A stretch of DNA of 57,890 nt, filler included, from Sphacelaria rigidula (taxonomy: Eukaryota): NCBI GenBank assembly GCA_964200075.2. It is 6 parts of 6 records of this genome, joined end to end, with 100 filler letters (N's around TTAATTAATTAA, not from the genome) between each part and the next. Parts side by side here need not be neighbours in the genome. Positions count along the whole stretch, not along the records: positions 9,667 to 19,232 come from CAXNAA020008202.1; positions 19,333 to 28,897 come from CAXNAA020008203.1; 4 more parts are not named here. One strand, written 5' to 3'. Each line of letters begins with the position of its first letter. Within the stretch, counting starts at the first letter, position 1. Below are positions 11,131 to 22,900 of this stretch, piece after piece. A program made the position numbers and the translations under genes. A model generated the notes under the pieces. That model saw only the letters and a list, made by a program, of their open reading frames with translations, ran no database searches and had not been told where the DNA came from.

Positions 11131-13158
11131 ATGAGAGGATGGTACAGACATCTCAACGGAGGGTGGAGACTGTCTGAACGACCAATCGAGAGTGAACAAC
11201 ACATTCGAGATGAGGACGGTAATTTACTGCGGGACAGAGGTTTGATCAGTGGGAGATGGGAACATTACTTTTTTACATTGCTGAACGCCATATCGGCAGC
11301 TATCGACCGCACCATCATCGAGAACATTGCTCAACCACCAATAGTGTTGTTACTAGGAGACCCACCAAGCCCAAGTGAAACTGTGGAGGCTCTGAGAGCT
11401 ATGTCGAACGACAAAGCAACCGGTACGGATGGTATTCCTGCTGAAATCCTGAAGCTTGGACTCAACGGGGAGGCGTTGGACATTCTGAACCACTTCCACG
11501 ACATCGTCTCTGCGGTTTGGACATCTGGCAAGGTGCCGCCAGAATGGAAAGATGTCACCATCAAAGTGCTACACAAAAAATAAGATAGGACCCAGTGTAG
11601 TAACTACAGAGGCATTTCACTTGTGGCATATACTGCTGGAGCTCTCCTCAAAATCGTAGCCAACAGACTCGGTGATTTTTGTGAGGAAACAGATGTCTTC
11701 CCAGAAGAGCAGTGTGGATTTAGACGCCAAAGATCGACCATAGACATGATGTTCGTAGCACGCCGACTCCAGGAGTTGGGACGGGCGAGTAACATCCCAA
11801 CAAACATGTGCTTTATCGATCTGCAGAAAACCTACGATTCTGTAGACCGCACGCTCCTGAGGGAAGTGCTCGCTCGGTTCGGAGTCCCGTCGCGAATGAT
11901 CAAGATCATCCGTATGTTTTACGACGGCATGCGAGCTCGAGTACAGCTAGATAGTGGCGAACCATCAGCGTGGTTCGACGTCTGCCAGGGACTCAGACAA
12001 GGTTGCGTTTCGTCTCCGCTGTTGTTCAACATCTTCAGAGCAGGCTTGGTGGAAGTGATCGTCCAACGGTTTGCGGCGGACCCACTCATCGTCTCAGACT
12101 TGATAATTCTAGATGATGCGCCACAAGGTGTCGGTGGTGAACCCGTACAAGAGCCACCACTTGAAAAGATGCGACGCGCGGTGTGGGCAATGCTTGATGC
12201 GGACGACGCCGGCATAGCCTCGATGACCTCAGAAGGCCTTGTTCGAATGATGGCCGTGACAGTGATGACCTGCCAGGAATTTGGCCTGATGGTCTCCGAG
12301 ACCAAGACAGAGTCCATGCGCCTTTGGTCAGTACTCAGTTCCACGGAGGCCACCCTGGATATCAGAGCTGCCGGTCAACGGTATAAGCAGACGGGGAAGT
12401 TCATCTACCTTGGTGAAGCTATCAGCGCGGATGCGAAAATATTCACCGAAATCAACCGCCGTATCAGCGCGGCGTGGGCGCGTATCCGAAAATATAGCTC
12501 CCAACTCTACGACCGACCCAACGCCGAGCTATCCTTGAAAGTTCGACTGCTCAAAGCGGAGGTGGTGAAAGCTCTGTTGTAAGGGTGTGCCACATGGACG
12601 CTACGTGCTGAGAACTTCGACAGTCTGCGCACTGCTCATCACAAGCTCTTGCTGCGAGTGGTTGGATTCCGCAGGAACGATCGAAATGGCTACAAGATTC
12701 TTTCGTACAGAGCGGTGCTCGAGATGACCAACTGCGAACGTATCGAGACGACTATCCGAAACCGTCAACTCTGCTTCGCGGGAGCCCTTGTCCGGCAGAA
12801 GGACACACGCCTTCCCAAGCGTGTCATGAACGGTAGGCTTGCCACACGAGGACCCAAGGAGGTCGGCCGCCCCCCCAAGCAATGGGAGGATACCCTACGT
12901 GCGCCAGGGGCTGTCCTGCACAAAGGAGCCCGACGAAAATGGTTCGTCTACGGTGTAGAGGTCAACGATGCACGGTTGTGTCACTGCGGCGAAGGACCTG
13001 GGCAAATGGCATATTGGAGTCGGAAAGGGAGCGGAAGAGTTTGAGGACACGTGGCGACGCGCGGACAAGCGAGAATCAGACCGACGTCACAAGCGAGAGG
13101 CTGCTACGTCGAGGGCTGCTAATCAGAAAATCTTGTCCTCTCACATCGGTTGTTGATT
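11131..13158 (+). pseudogene. RTE reverse transcriptase (in-frame stops, YADD mutated to DADD)
   Basis: Motifs KATGTDGIPAE, NYRGISLV, EEQCGFR, FIDLQKTYDSV, GLRQGCV, LDADD (12193-12207) and FIYLG. TAA stops at 11581 and 12580. Confidence 0.93.
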
Positions 13159-14430
13159 ATGCCCTTAGTCGACGGCTCCGCGGTGCCCACTGGTGTGTGC
13201 CTGTATCTACTCTGCTGCCCTGAATCCCTTGGGCCTTTTTTTTGTTTCCCCCTTTTTTTTCCCCATCGTTTCATTGTATTTTTTATCTGCTTTGTAATTT
13301 CCTCTTTTTTTCCCTCGTTCTTGCTTTAGGTCGGCCGTTTCTTTCTGTGCTTTGCTTGTGTTGAATTTTAATTCCTTTTTTTTGGCACGACTTAGTCTGC
13401 TATGTCGTTCTGTTCGACCCCTCTTTCTTTCCTTTCTATTTTTGTTCATATTTTTTCTGTTTTTTTTTCTTCTTAGAGCGTGTTTGAATTTTGTTTTTCT
13501 TGGGTACGTCTATCATGAGATCACGGCTGGACCCAAGGGGGGTCAGTTAAAGTGCGACAATCAATCAATCCATCAATCAACCAAGCGTCTTGTCCGAGGT
13601 CACATTGCTTATGGGTACTGTCATGCCCTAGCCATGCAGGCCGAATTGTCCTGGGCAGACAGCCAAAGCACTCGTCCGGTCGATAGGTATGCATGCTCAC
13701 CAACGCTTCCGCCGCGTGGTTGCTTTCACAGCAAATGAAGAATATGATCAGCGGCAGAAAGGACCTACCGTGTGCTCGCAGGGAACGTTTCGGCGATTAT
13801 TACAAGAGTAGACGACCGTAACTCTCCCACTGCATACGTTGCCACCGCGGCTGGTTGTAGCAGGGAGGAGCACTACATGAAGGCATTGCTTGTGTCAGTC
13901 GGTCTACGCGTGGTTGCCTAGCCCGTTCCCTGGCTTAAACATGTATTGATTGGCTTACATACGTGCTGATTTAGTCGTGGACAATCTCGCGTGTGGGCTG
14001 ACCTTTCCACTGAAGGGCCCGAGTTGAGGATATGGTCTGCGGGAGCCGCCGGGTTCCGAAAAAATATAATTAAGCTTCACTCAAAAAGTGTACTGAAGTA
14101 GCAACCGGAATGCTCTCAACTGTACACACAGGCCGGTATCGTGGACGTGCGTCACCAGGTTAGCTCGCGTTTCCTGGCTTGTTGTTCAGCCATGGACGCT
14201 TGTTTTTGATTCTTAAACCTTGGTCGGATACTATCTGCCCATGTAATCGATTCGGCCTCCGTGAAATAGAAATGGAGAGAGTATATACCATCCCATCCTG
14301 CATGCACGGTTGTTCACATATCGATTGCTAGATGATTTAGTGCGTGAGAGTTGGAACTTGCAGACACGACGTCATTACTTACCGTTTTTGTCTTCTTTCC
14401 TCGTCGTGCGTGTCATTTTGTCGTTGGCAG

Positions 14431-14605
14431 GTTTTCAGCTGGGTTCAGACTGCGAAGGCGCGTGCTGGGCTGTTTGGGGGTATCAACGCTGTCCTTTGTT
14501 TCGTGTGCCGTGTTGGCGCTGGCTGAAGGGCTGAGCGCCAACTTCCTGTTTTTCGCCACGATGGTTTTGGTTTTGACGTCTGGCATGTCTATCGCTGTGA
14601 TGCAG
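14431..14605 (+). CDS. Equilibrative nucleoside transporter (ENT/SLC29), internal exon (about TM3-TM4)
   Basis: Acceptor TTGGCAG|, donor CAG|GTGGG. Encodes FSAGFRLRRRVLGCLGVSTLSFVSCAVLALAEGLSANFLFFATMVLVLTSGMSIAVMQ and joins in phase 0 to the exon at 15038. Confidence 0.75.
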
Positions 14606-14910
14606 GTGGGCTGAAGTGTGACGGAAGAAAAAACGCGAGTGTTTTGCAAAGTACCATAGTCGGAGGCATTGGGTAAACTGCACTGTGATTACCTGGTCAC
14701 CCGTGCGAATCTTCTCCTTGGACTAATACTAATGTTACCGAGAAGAACGCACAACGTTTTCATTGACCTTCTGTCAAAACTTCGAGACATTTTGAAGTGG
14801 TGGCTGCAGCTTGTCCTGGGTTTCGCGTCGCTCCAGCCTCTCCATTGGCACGTTAGCAGTGTGAAGGGAATATTTTGACCCGCTCATTTCCATGATAGAA
14901 GACTAGACCA

Positions 14911-14999
14911 TTGCTCACAAGCAACGTCTATTCGCGTGACACCTCCGATTTGCTCACCAGCAACGTCTATTCGCGTGACACCTCCGATTTGGACTCACC
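14911..14999. repeat. 39-bp intronic tandem duplication
   Basis: TTGCTCAC(A/C)AGCAACGTCTATTCGCGTGACACCTCCGAT x2, plus a partial third copy. Confidence 0.9.
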
Positions 15000-15037
15000 C
15001 CCGTGACTTGATATCCTGGCCATTTATCCTTTCATAG

Positions 15038-16876
15038 GGCGATGTTTTTGCCATGGTCAGCGCCTTTCCGCCTCGATACACGCAAGCGATGGTGTCGGGG
15101 CAGAGCCTGTCGGGGCTTGCCGTGGCTTTGGCTGGAATCCTGATCTCACTGGCGGGCCCTGATGATGACTCGTGTGTAAGAGCACAAGAACATAACCATC
15201 AAGAGGCCTTCACTTCTGGACTGCCAATTTCTGGTGCTCTTGGGCACATTGTGGAACAACAATTTGCGGGACGTCGATTCTACGGTCAAGCACTCACATC
15301 TGCTGCCCTCCACGAGGAGTACTTCTCGGGTGATGTTTACCGGTGGCTTGATGATAGCATGCCGGAGGTGATGGAGACAGTGGAAAATGGCTCCGATTTT
15401 TTCGAGCAACCGGAACCCTCTGCGTTCCAAACGTTATCGTTATCAACGTTGCCGTCAACGATAACGACGGTAGCTGTGCCAAAGCATCGCGAATCAACAA
15501 TCGATGGTGAGCCGACTTCGGTGGAGGTTGAGACGCTGGTTCGGTACAGCATTGCAATCACGGTCCTTTTGGCATGTATGGTTACTTTTGTTGTACTGGA
15601 ACGGCTACCTATAACAGTTTTTTACGTGACGCAGGAACAGCTTGCTATCGCTGCTGCTGAGGAAGAAGAACGCGGCGGTTCTTCGAACAACATTAGAAGA
15701 GGAGATCGGGACGCGAATAGCGGACGAACGACGTTGAGACAGCGTGGCGAGCTGTGTAGATGTGATGGATGTGAGGCAGATAGTTGGAAACCCTGTTGTA
15801 GTACAAACTTCAGCAACAACGGAGATCCATCGCTACCTGCAGCATCATCAATTGCTGTCTCCGACGGTCTGGCGGCTTCTCCCTTGACGCGGATACACCA
15901 TAGCGAGGGACAACGACAGCACCAACTGCAGCAGCCGATCTTACCGGTGTTTTCTTCCGTATCGGAGGAAGATCTTTCTAGACATCTCTTGTCCCACTTG
16001 GAACACGACAATGATAACGATGCCATGGTTTCAGCACTTAGAGGAGAGTACCTGAAAGAGGGGAAGCAGCGCAGGGAACGCAATACTAGCGACGCTTCTA
16101 AACTCGAACGCGGCTCCAGCAGCGCTTCACTTGAGAATATTAGCGTGTCGAGTTTCGCGCATTCAGGCACCGCAACAATATCCGGGAGGGAGGCTAAGAG
16201 TCGGGTACTACCGTGGAAAATGTGGCGGCGGTGGGTGAGGCAGACCACCGATACGTACGGGCCCATTTCTCGATGCGCGTTCTGCGTGTTTTTCTGCTTC
16301 ACAGTGTCAATATCTCTATATCCAGCAACCACATCGGAGATCGTCTCCACCCGGCGGTGTACCCCAGGCCGGGCGCGCTTCTTCAGCGAAGACACGTTTA
16401 TGCTGTTCTCGTTCGTGTCGTACAACGCGTTCGATTTTTTGGGGCGGCTGGTGGCGGGATACACGGGGTTATCCTTTTCCCTGCTCGGCGCGTTGTCCGT
16501 CGAACGGTGGCTTCTTCCTGCAGCAGTGTGTCGAATTGTTTTCATACCGCTGCTGTTGGCATGCCGGACAACGGGTTCATCATCGTCGTATTCTTCTCGG
16601 CCTGGAAGTCGGTTGCTCGTGAAAAAGGGAGGAGGGGGGTGGGCACCGTTACGTGCTGATCACTTTCCTGCAAATATTCTCGGCAGGTCCGACGTGTATC
16701 CGCTGGTTCTTGTGTCGCTGTTGGGCTTCACGAACGGGTTTTTGATTTGCTTGGGCATGATGGGTGGGTCGCAAAAGAGTTTAAGGGCTGGAACGGCTAT
16801 GGTTTTATCCCTGAGTGCTGGTCTGTTCGCCGGATCCTTGGCGTCTTTCCTGGTGTTGTTGCTCATGGACGGGTAA
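15038..16876 (+). CDS. Equilibrative nucleoside transporter (ENT/SLC29), terminal exon
   Basis: Acceptor TTTCATAG| then GDVFAMVSAFPPRYTQAMVSGQSLSG. ENT-type motifs FTVSISLYP, YNAFDFLGR, RIVFIPL, LLGFTNGFL and AGTAMVLSLSAGLFAGS. Confidence 0.9.
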   Translation, partial: GDVFAMVSAFPPRYTQAMVSGQSLSGLAVALAGILISLAGPDDDSCVRAQEHNHQEAFTSGLPISGALGHIVEQQFAGRRFYGQALTSAALHEEYFSGDVYRWLDDSMPEVMETVENGSDFFEQPEPSAFQTLSLSTLPSTITTVAVPKHRESTIDGEPTSVEVETLVRYSIAITVLLACMVTFVVLERLPITVFYVTQEQLAIAAAEEEERGGSSNNIRRGDRDANSGRTTLRQRGELCRCDGCEADSWKPCCSTNFSNNGDPSLPAASSIAVSDGLAASPLTRIHHSEGQRQHQLQQPILPVFSSVSEEDLSRHLLSHLEHDNDNDAMVSALRGEYLKEGKQRRERNTSDASKLERGSSSASLENISVSSFAHSGTATISGREAKSRVLPWKMWRRWVRQTTDTYGPISRCAFCVFFCFTVSISLYPATTSEIVSTRRCTPGRARFFSEDTFMLFSFVSYNAFDFLGRLVAGYTGLSFSLLGALSVERWLLPAAVCRIVFIPLLLACRTTGSSSSYSSRPGSRLLVKKGGGGWAPLRADHFPANILGRSDVYPLVLVSLLGFTNGFLICLGMMGGSQKSLRAGTAMVLSLSAGLFAGSLASFLVLLLMDG

Positions 16877-18009
16877 AAGCTGTAAATAGAGCGGGTTGGA
16901 ACCGTCACTTGAGCTGATTTTTTATAAGATATCTGCCGGTGTGGTTGTACAGCAGTGGTGCGCTTAGTTGATGTGAGCTTGAGAGCGATGCCACGGTAGG
17001 GGTGCGCTCTTCGTTTTTCTGGGGCTCTTTGCTGTAGGAGCCTGTCGGTGACGAATATCTGGGCCTGACTGTACAACCTCAGAAACATTTTAGACTGAAA
17101 GTGCATCCCTACTGTGGCATTACTCTTGACAGAGGTACGTGGCGGTTCAGTTGAAGGGGGGATTACCGGGTTATCAAGTTTAACAGTGATGTCCTTAATG
17201 TTCTCCGTTGATATCGGTCAGACACATGTGCCCAGCTGTAAATATTGAGTCCTACGAGGTCATGAGCACTTGCTGGATAGCCCGCTGTGTTTGTACTTGG
17301 TGTAAATATGGAACAACGAATATATTTCGATATGTTCTATATATGATGCTTTGAGGGTGGTTTATTCCCGTTTCGGGATATCCCTACATGTAATAAAATC
17401 TCCACGCATGGCGCTGTGCCTTGCTGAAGGCCTCGTAGCATCTGCATCCGAGTTTCTGTCACGTGCCTAAGAAACGGTAACGCATACCTCGAACTTGCTT
17501 GATTTTTCAGACCCATCGACTGGTAGTCTACGTTGTATCGTAGATTTATGGTTGCATATTCGCACCTCCAGACTTCACCTCCCAGCCCCAGGGTGATGAT
17601 GCCTTCTGAGAAACAGCTGAGTATTGGTCAGGTCTTACCGTGTTCACTCCGCCGGATATCCTTCTGCTCCGGATTGCACACCTTTTGGTGAAATACGAGA
17701 AGGAGCAGCGTGAACTAGCAATGTCAACCTCTCAACGAGGTGACATTGAAACGATGAATGGTACACGAGCGTCTCTCACACACGCTCTGCTGGCTTGCCA
17801 TTGCCAACAACGCCTGAAGAAAGACCTTCATCTTTCATATTGGCATCGACGGGGGGCAGGAACCATGATGTCTACCAACCGCCTACCGGCCTTCCAGACG
17901 GAAGCAGGGAACTCCATGAGCAATGTGCCATGGTAGGGGTGCACGTTTTGGTTCTGGGGCTCTCTCTCTTGTACGAGCCTCTCGATGACAAATTTCTAGG
18001 GTACGGTAT

Positions 18010-18440
18010 AACACAGAAATCGGGGGTGGGTCTTGTATTGGGGATGAGAAACCCTGAGGATTAAAGCCTTCGTATCCACACCAAATCTTCGAAATATAGT
18101 ACTACTTTTTCACCTACTGATAGCTATTGATAACTGCTACACATCAAATAAATTTAGATTTCGATCACCGAATTGTTGCGGTCCTGGGTGAAAAACCAAT
18201 TTCAGGACCATTTTGGTGTCCGTTCGGATACCCCAAATTCCCCCAAATTTGGTTTTTCACCTAGGAACGCAACAATTCGGTGATCGAGATCTAAATTTCT
18301 ATGGCGTGTACTAATTGTCGAAAGCTATCGGTAGGTGAAGAAATGGAACCAACCATATTTCGAGGATTTGGAGTGGATACAATTTTTTAATTCTCCGGGT
18401 TTCTCATGCCCAATAAAAGATTCATCCCTAATTTGTAAGA
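18010..18440. mobile_element. About 430-bp foldback MITE
   Basis: Long inverted arms, e.g. AAATTTAGATTTCGATCACCGAATTGTTGCG / CGCAACAATTCGGTGATCGAGATCTAAATTT and ATGAGAAACCC / GGGTTTCTCAT. Confidence 0.7.
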
Positions 18441-19232
18441 TCCCGTGTTGTATACTGAGCAGCCCGAACCCGTTGGGGACCGGACTCCCCAAAACGGGGT
18501 GTTTACACGCAGGGATCTCTCGTGAATCGGCATAATTTTCAGTCTATTTCAAGTAAAAATGATTCCGATGTACACAATGGCCCCTCCAACACCCCGCGAC
18601 AACTTTTGGCTCAAAAGGTGCACTCCCCTTTCGTGACGTCACGTCCCCCGGCACCGCCTTCCGCGGGTGCAGCTGCCTAGCTTACCCCAGCGTAGGTTGT
18701 ACTGCTGCCTCCGCCTCTCCTGTTGGTCTCACTTACCGGATTCCGCGTAGCTTCGTGCGCCCAACCCACCCAGTGGACACGGCGCCACCCACCGATGCAG
18801 GGGCACGCCACCGCAGCTACTCCACCCACCTAGACCATGTCAGCTCGCCGCATGGCTACTGAAATTCCACCCCGGAGCCATGCTACGATGGTAGAGGGGA
18901 GGGTGTTCGATTCATCGAACAAATGTGCTCATAGATGCGTCGAACGACCTAATACGCTTGCGGTGCGCTTGTATTTGGGGCAAAGCGGCGTAAAGCAGTA
19001 TGAATGAGCGTTATTTACCGGAAGCAAGCGCATTCGAACAACTGTTATCTGCTTTCAACGGCGGTTGAAGTGGAACTTCGTGGAAGAAAACGGCCTTGAA
19101 TACCCCCCTCCCCCTATGATCATGACTACACCCCCGCCCAATCGTAGCATGACTCCCCGGCCGAGTGCTGATGCCGGCGCTAAGTAATGCCACGGTAGGG
19201 GAGAGCCATCCTACGATAGGGGTGGGGGTATT

Positions 19233-19332
19233 NNNNNNNNNNNNNNNNNNNNNNNNNNNNNNNNNNNNNNNNNNNNTTAATTAATTAANNNNNNNNNNNN
19301 NNNNNNNNNNNNNNNNNNNNNNNNNNNNNNNN
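19233..19332. other. Artificial contig spacer
   Basis: 44 N + TTAATTAATTAA + 44 N. Confidence 0.99.
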
Positions 19333-20701
19333 CTTCCTCCTCTCCTGTCCGGCGAAGGGGGGGGGGGGGGGGGGGGGGTTCGAGGCTGTATATGATTGCA
19401 CGAATAAAGATGTTCATATGCTTGTCAGACGACCTGCCACTGTCGCGGGACCCTTGTAATCGGTTGAAAACGGTGTCAAGCAGTATGAGTGAGCGTTGTA
19501 TATCCATGACGAGCTCGTTCAAACAACCGTTGCCGCTTCAAGCGACGGTTTGAGTTGAATTTTCGTGTAAGAGGTTGCCCAAAATACCCCCCCCCCCCTC
19601 CCTATCGTAGAATGACTCCGACGCAAACAGTTTAGCTCCACTATACCGACTCGCCCGTATGCCGGCCTTCTGGTTTCAAACAAAAATATAGGGCACGACA
19701 GATCGTCGTCGAACGGGAAGGTGAGCATCGCAAGAGCAACGCACGCTGTAAATACATGGCGATCGTCTGCGGTGTAGTGGGCACCCGATCGGCTCTCAGA
19801 TCATTCGACAACGTCATGAGCCGCCAATTGGTCAACATGCACGCGATTTTATGGTTCGCGTGGCCTTTCCATCATCGCGCGGTTTCGCAGCGCAAAGAGG
19901 GACACTAAGGCGATATAACAATGAGTGGAGTAAGTGATGGGACGGCATGAATAGTGTCATTGCACGCATGAAGTTGGCGAATGCGGGCAACAAGGGAGAC
20001 GGCAACAAAGACGGGAAGGAATCCGAAGAGAATGCGGAAGAGCCTCAACGTCCGGCGGCGGACAGCCACAATGATGAATTACGCCCCTCGTCCAATCCAT
20101 CACGCGATGTCAGGTGAGGATGAAGGGCATGAACCAGAATACCAACCAATCGCGGCGATTTGTTGCCTTACGGCCAATATCGCAGAGGGCCCATCGGCCG
20201 ACCCCAATGGCGGTGCGTTCGGATCGGGCCCCTTGCACATTCCGAACAGTTAGCCTGCTCCTCCGCTAACCGCTTGACCTTGTCCTGTTTTTTTTTATCG
20301 GCAGATACCAATGTACACACTGCTGTATGAAGCACCAGACCTTCTGAGAGATGCTTATACCCATCTCCGAGGACGATTTCCTGGCCGAGAGGAAGCGGCG
20401 TCTTTGCCTGGTCTGCGAGGACGAGCCGGGGCGCCAGAAGAGGAAGGGGGACGAAGCCGGCGTCAGGGGCGGCGACAAACCGAATAAAAAGGGGGAGAGG
20501 TCGTCGAAGGAAGGGCTCCCTCTTCTCCCCCCATGTCCGACCGTTGACGACAGGAGGTGCGGATTTATAAAACAATAATAACGGTTATGTCATCGATTGA
20601 TCGTTTTTGTGGTGAGAAGCCGAGCCGGACTTGTGGTGTCAATATCTTGCTTCCCATGTCATTGTTTGGGCATGATATTGTGATGCAGAGTCGTCCTGCG
20701 A

Positions 20702-21370
20702 TTGCGGGGAAGGTATCTGATTGCACGAAACAAAAGGCTCATAAGTTTGCCAGACGACCTGCCACACTCGCGGTTCGCTTGTATTTGGTTCAAAACGGCG
20801 TCAACCGATATGAATGAGCGCCATTTATATATAACAAGCTCGTTCGAGGAAGCGTTGCTGTTTCCAACGACAATAGTCGAAGACAAAGTGGAGTACGATC
20901 ATCTCCTCGCCAGACTAGTTGTGGCACTCGCAGTTTCTTTTTCTGTTGCGCACCTCGATGGAATACCCACGACACCCCAGAGGACGTGCGGTCGTCCCCC
21001 GCTCATCGAAGTGAAACACATGATGGTGCCGAATGCTTGCGCTGTTCGACTGCACAGAGCTCATCATACCAGCGTACACGAGAAGAACCTACTCAGCCGC
21101 AACTGCGCTCCTATCGACGAACGAGAACCATTCCCTGTGAAGATACAACCAAAGCTAATCATCGTCTCCATCGACCGCGAAAAAGCAATGTTGAGCTTGA
21201 CAAACAATGATATCAAGCGATATTTCAAGCGGTTTGTGCAAAAGGTGCTACAAGTCTTGCATCCGATGGGCACCATCGTGTTTGCGGTCCCCCAGCCGTG
21301 GGATCAACACGGACATCGAATCCAAGGTACTACGGCCTGCATATCACGTGTCCACCAATACCCAACGTAG
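20702..21370 (+). pseudogene. Unassigned ORF remnant with a possible methyltransferase-like alpha/beta segment
   Basis: 222-codon open frame. The segment QPKLIIVSID...RYFKRFVQKVLQVLHPMGTIVFAVPQPW looks protein-like. No catalytic motif seen. Confidence 0.3.
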
Positions 21371-21758
21371 TGGTGGGTCGAAGATCGACAACTGTACCGA
21401 TGAAAATGTTTCATAGTGAACAACATCTACGACACGCTCGCGGGATGGCGCGAGCTTCGTTTATTCCGTCCCTGTCGACCGCGCTTACCTTCTCTCAACT
21501 TGCAATAATACTTGGCGATATTCACACCCCATCCCTAACCTCTCACCCTCCGCCGCCGCTGCGATCCACTGCCACGGGTATCCCTTCGCAGGCGCGATCG
21601 CTGCCGACCCCTCCATGGTCATCGAGACCGACTTCGTGCTAATTGAGTACCCCAGCCGCCACGGAAGTTCCTGAAAACAAATACGAGAAGCAGCACTTCT
21701 ACACTCACGTGGAGGCAATCATGGTGGCACACAAGCAATACACCGAAGACGCCAAGAC

Positions 21759-22012
21759 GACACTTTCTACGATAGCCCCCCCCCCCCCCCAAAAAAGTGC
21801 ATGGTTTCGGGAGGCAAAATCTTCACATAAATCGAAATGGGAAAAGCCGAGCACAACGAGAAGCTGGGAATTCCCACACTTGGGTTCGTTTTAGCCAATG
21901 TCGCCAATATGGGGCGCTCCGTGCAGCCTGAACCCGAACATCAGGCACTGTATGGCCATTTTTTCGTGACATTTTTAGCTGGATTTAGGGGGGGGCTATC
22001 GTAGAAAGTGTC
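21759..22012. mobile_element. 254-bp MITE with poly-C/poly-G-containing TIRs
   Basis: GACACTTTCTACGATAGCCCCCCCC ... GGGGGGGGCTATCGTAGAAAGTGTC form a perfect inverted pair. Confidence 0.7.
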
Positions 22013-22203
22013 ATGGAAAGACATTATAAGGAAAACAACACTTGTACAAAGAATGCCTAAAATGCGTTCGACGTCCAGGAGAGCACCATTGTGAACAAAA
22101 AGGACATGATCTTCGCACACCAGCCGATATCTGACGTTTTCAACATTCAGCACCGTTAAGTCTTCACACGTCAGACAACTCATGAGTTAACTCAGTCATG
22201 CTG

Positions 22204-22414
22204 TATAACTCACAGGCCGAGATTATGCACCGCTGAGTTATCTTCTATAACTCACCCGGTCAGAATGTGCATTGCTGAGTCATCTCCTATAACTCTCCCG
22301 GCCAGAATGCGCACCGCTGAATAATCTCCTATAACTCTCCCGGCCAGAATGCGCACCGCTGAGTTATCTTCTATGACGCATGCCGCCAGAATGTGCATCG
22401 CTGAATTATGTTGC
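22204..22414. repeat. 42-bp minisatellite, 5 units
   Basis: Units start at 22204, 22246, 22288, 22330 and 22372. Consensus TATAACTCTCCCGGCCAGAATGCGCACCGCTGAGTTATCTTC. Confidence 0.9.
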
Positions 22415-22900
22415 TACTTCTCACAGGTGATTTATGCAGAAAAGAGATGACTCGTGTCAACCTGAGTTGCATCGTCCGACGTGTGCAAATTTTTCTCTAG
22501 TCTGGAACAGAAAAAAATGATGGGAATGTTTCGGCAGAGGTTCGAAACGCCAACCCTAATCACTTCCTGAGTCTACCATCATATGACTTACTTGCTGAAC
22601 GATAGGAGGTGGTATCTGTACTCCAGCACGGACAACATAACAGTCGTGTTATTCTATACTCCCGGAAAACATTACCGCTCTGTGTCGTCACCATTAATGC
22701 TATACCGCACCCCACAGCGCTGCCGTTCTAGAAGCATACTAAGCAAGTCATACTGGGCATGCTCGAGCATCATCTATGCATGAACGACACTTCTGTGACA
22801 CTCTCATTCTCCCTCCGTCACCCTTCACCCTTTTGTTTGACGGGCCATACAGGAATCTTACACTAAAAATTGCCCAATACTACCATGCACGGTAGTAGGC

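Larger units (their letters stand above)
9667..13580 (+). mobile_element. RTE-clade non-LTR retrotransposon (LINE), decayed; 5' end cut by the contig edge
   Basis: APE endonuclease followed by RT in one disrupted ORF. T-rich 3' UTR. (CAAT/TCAA)n tail at 13558-13580. Confidence 0.95.

Noticed and set aside
13207..13500. Lys/Arg-rich and Phe-rich ORFs
   Set aside because: Translations of the T-rich 3' UTR of the RTE element.
15622..16545. 307-aa minus-strand ORF
   Set aside because: Antisense shadow of the ENT exon.
18870..19620. Similar sequences on both sides of the second spacer as evidence of true adjacency
   Set aside because: The copies are diverged members of a dispersed family, and contig order follows length, not position.
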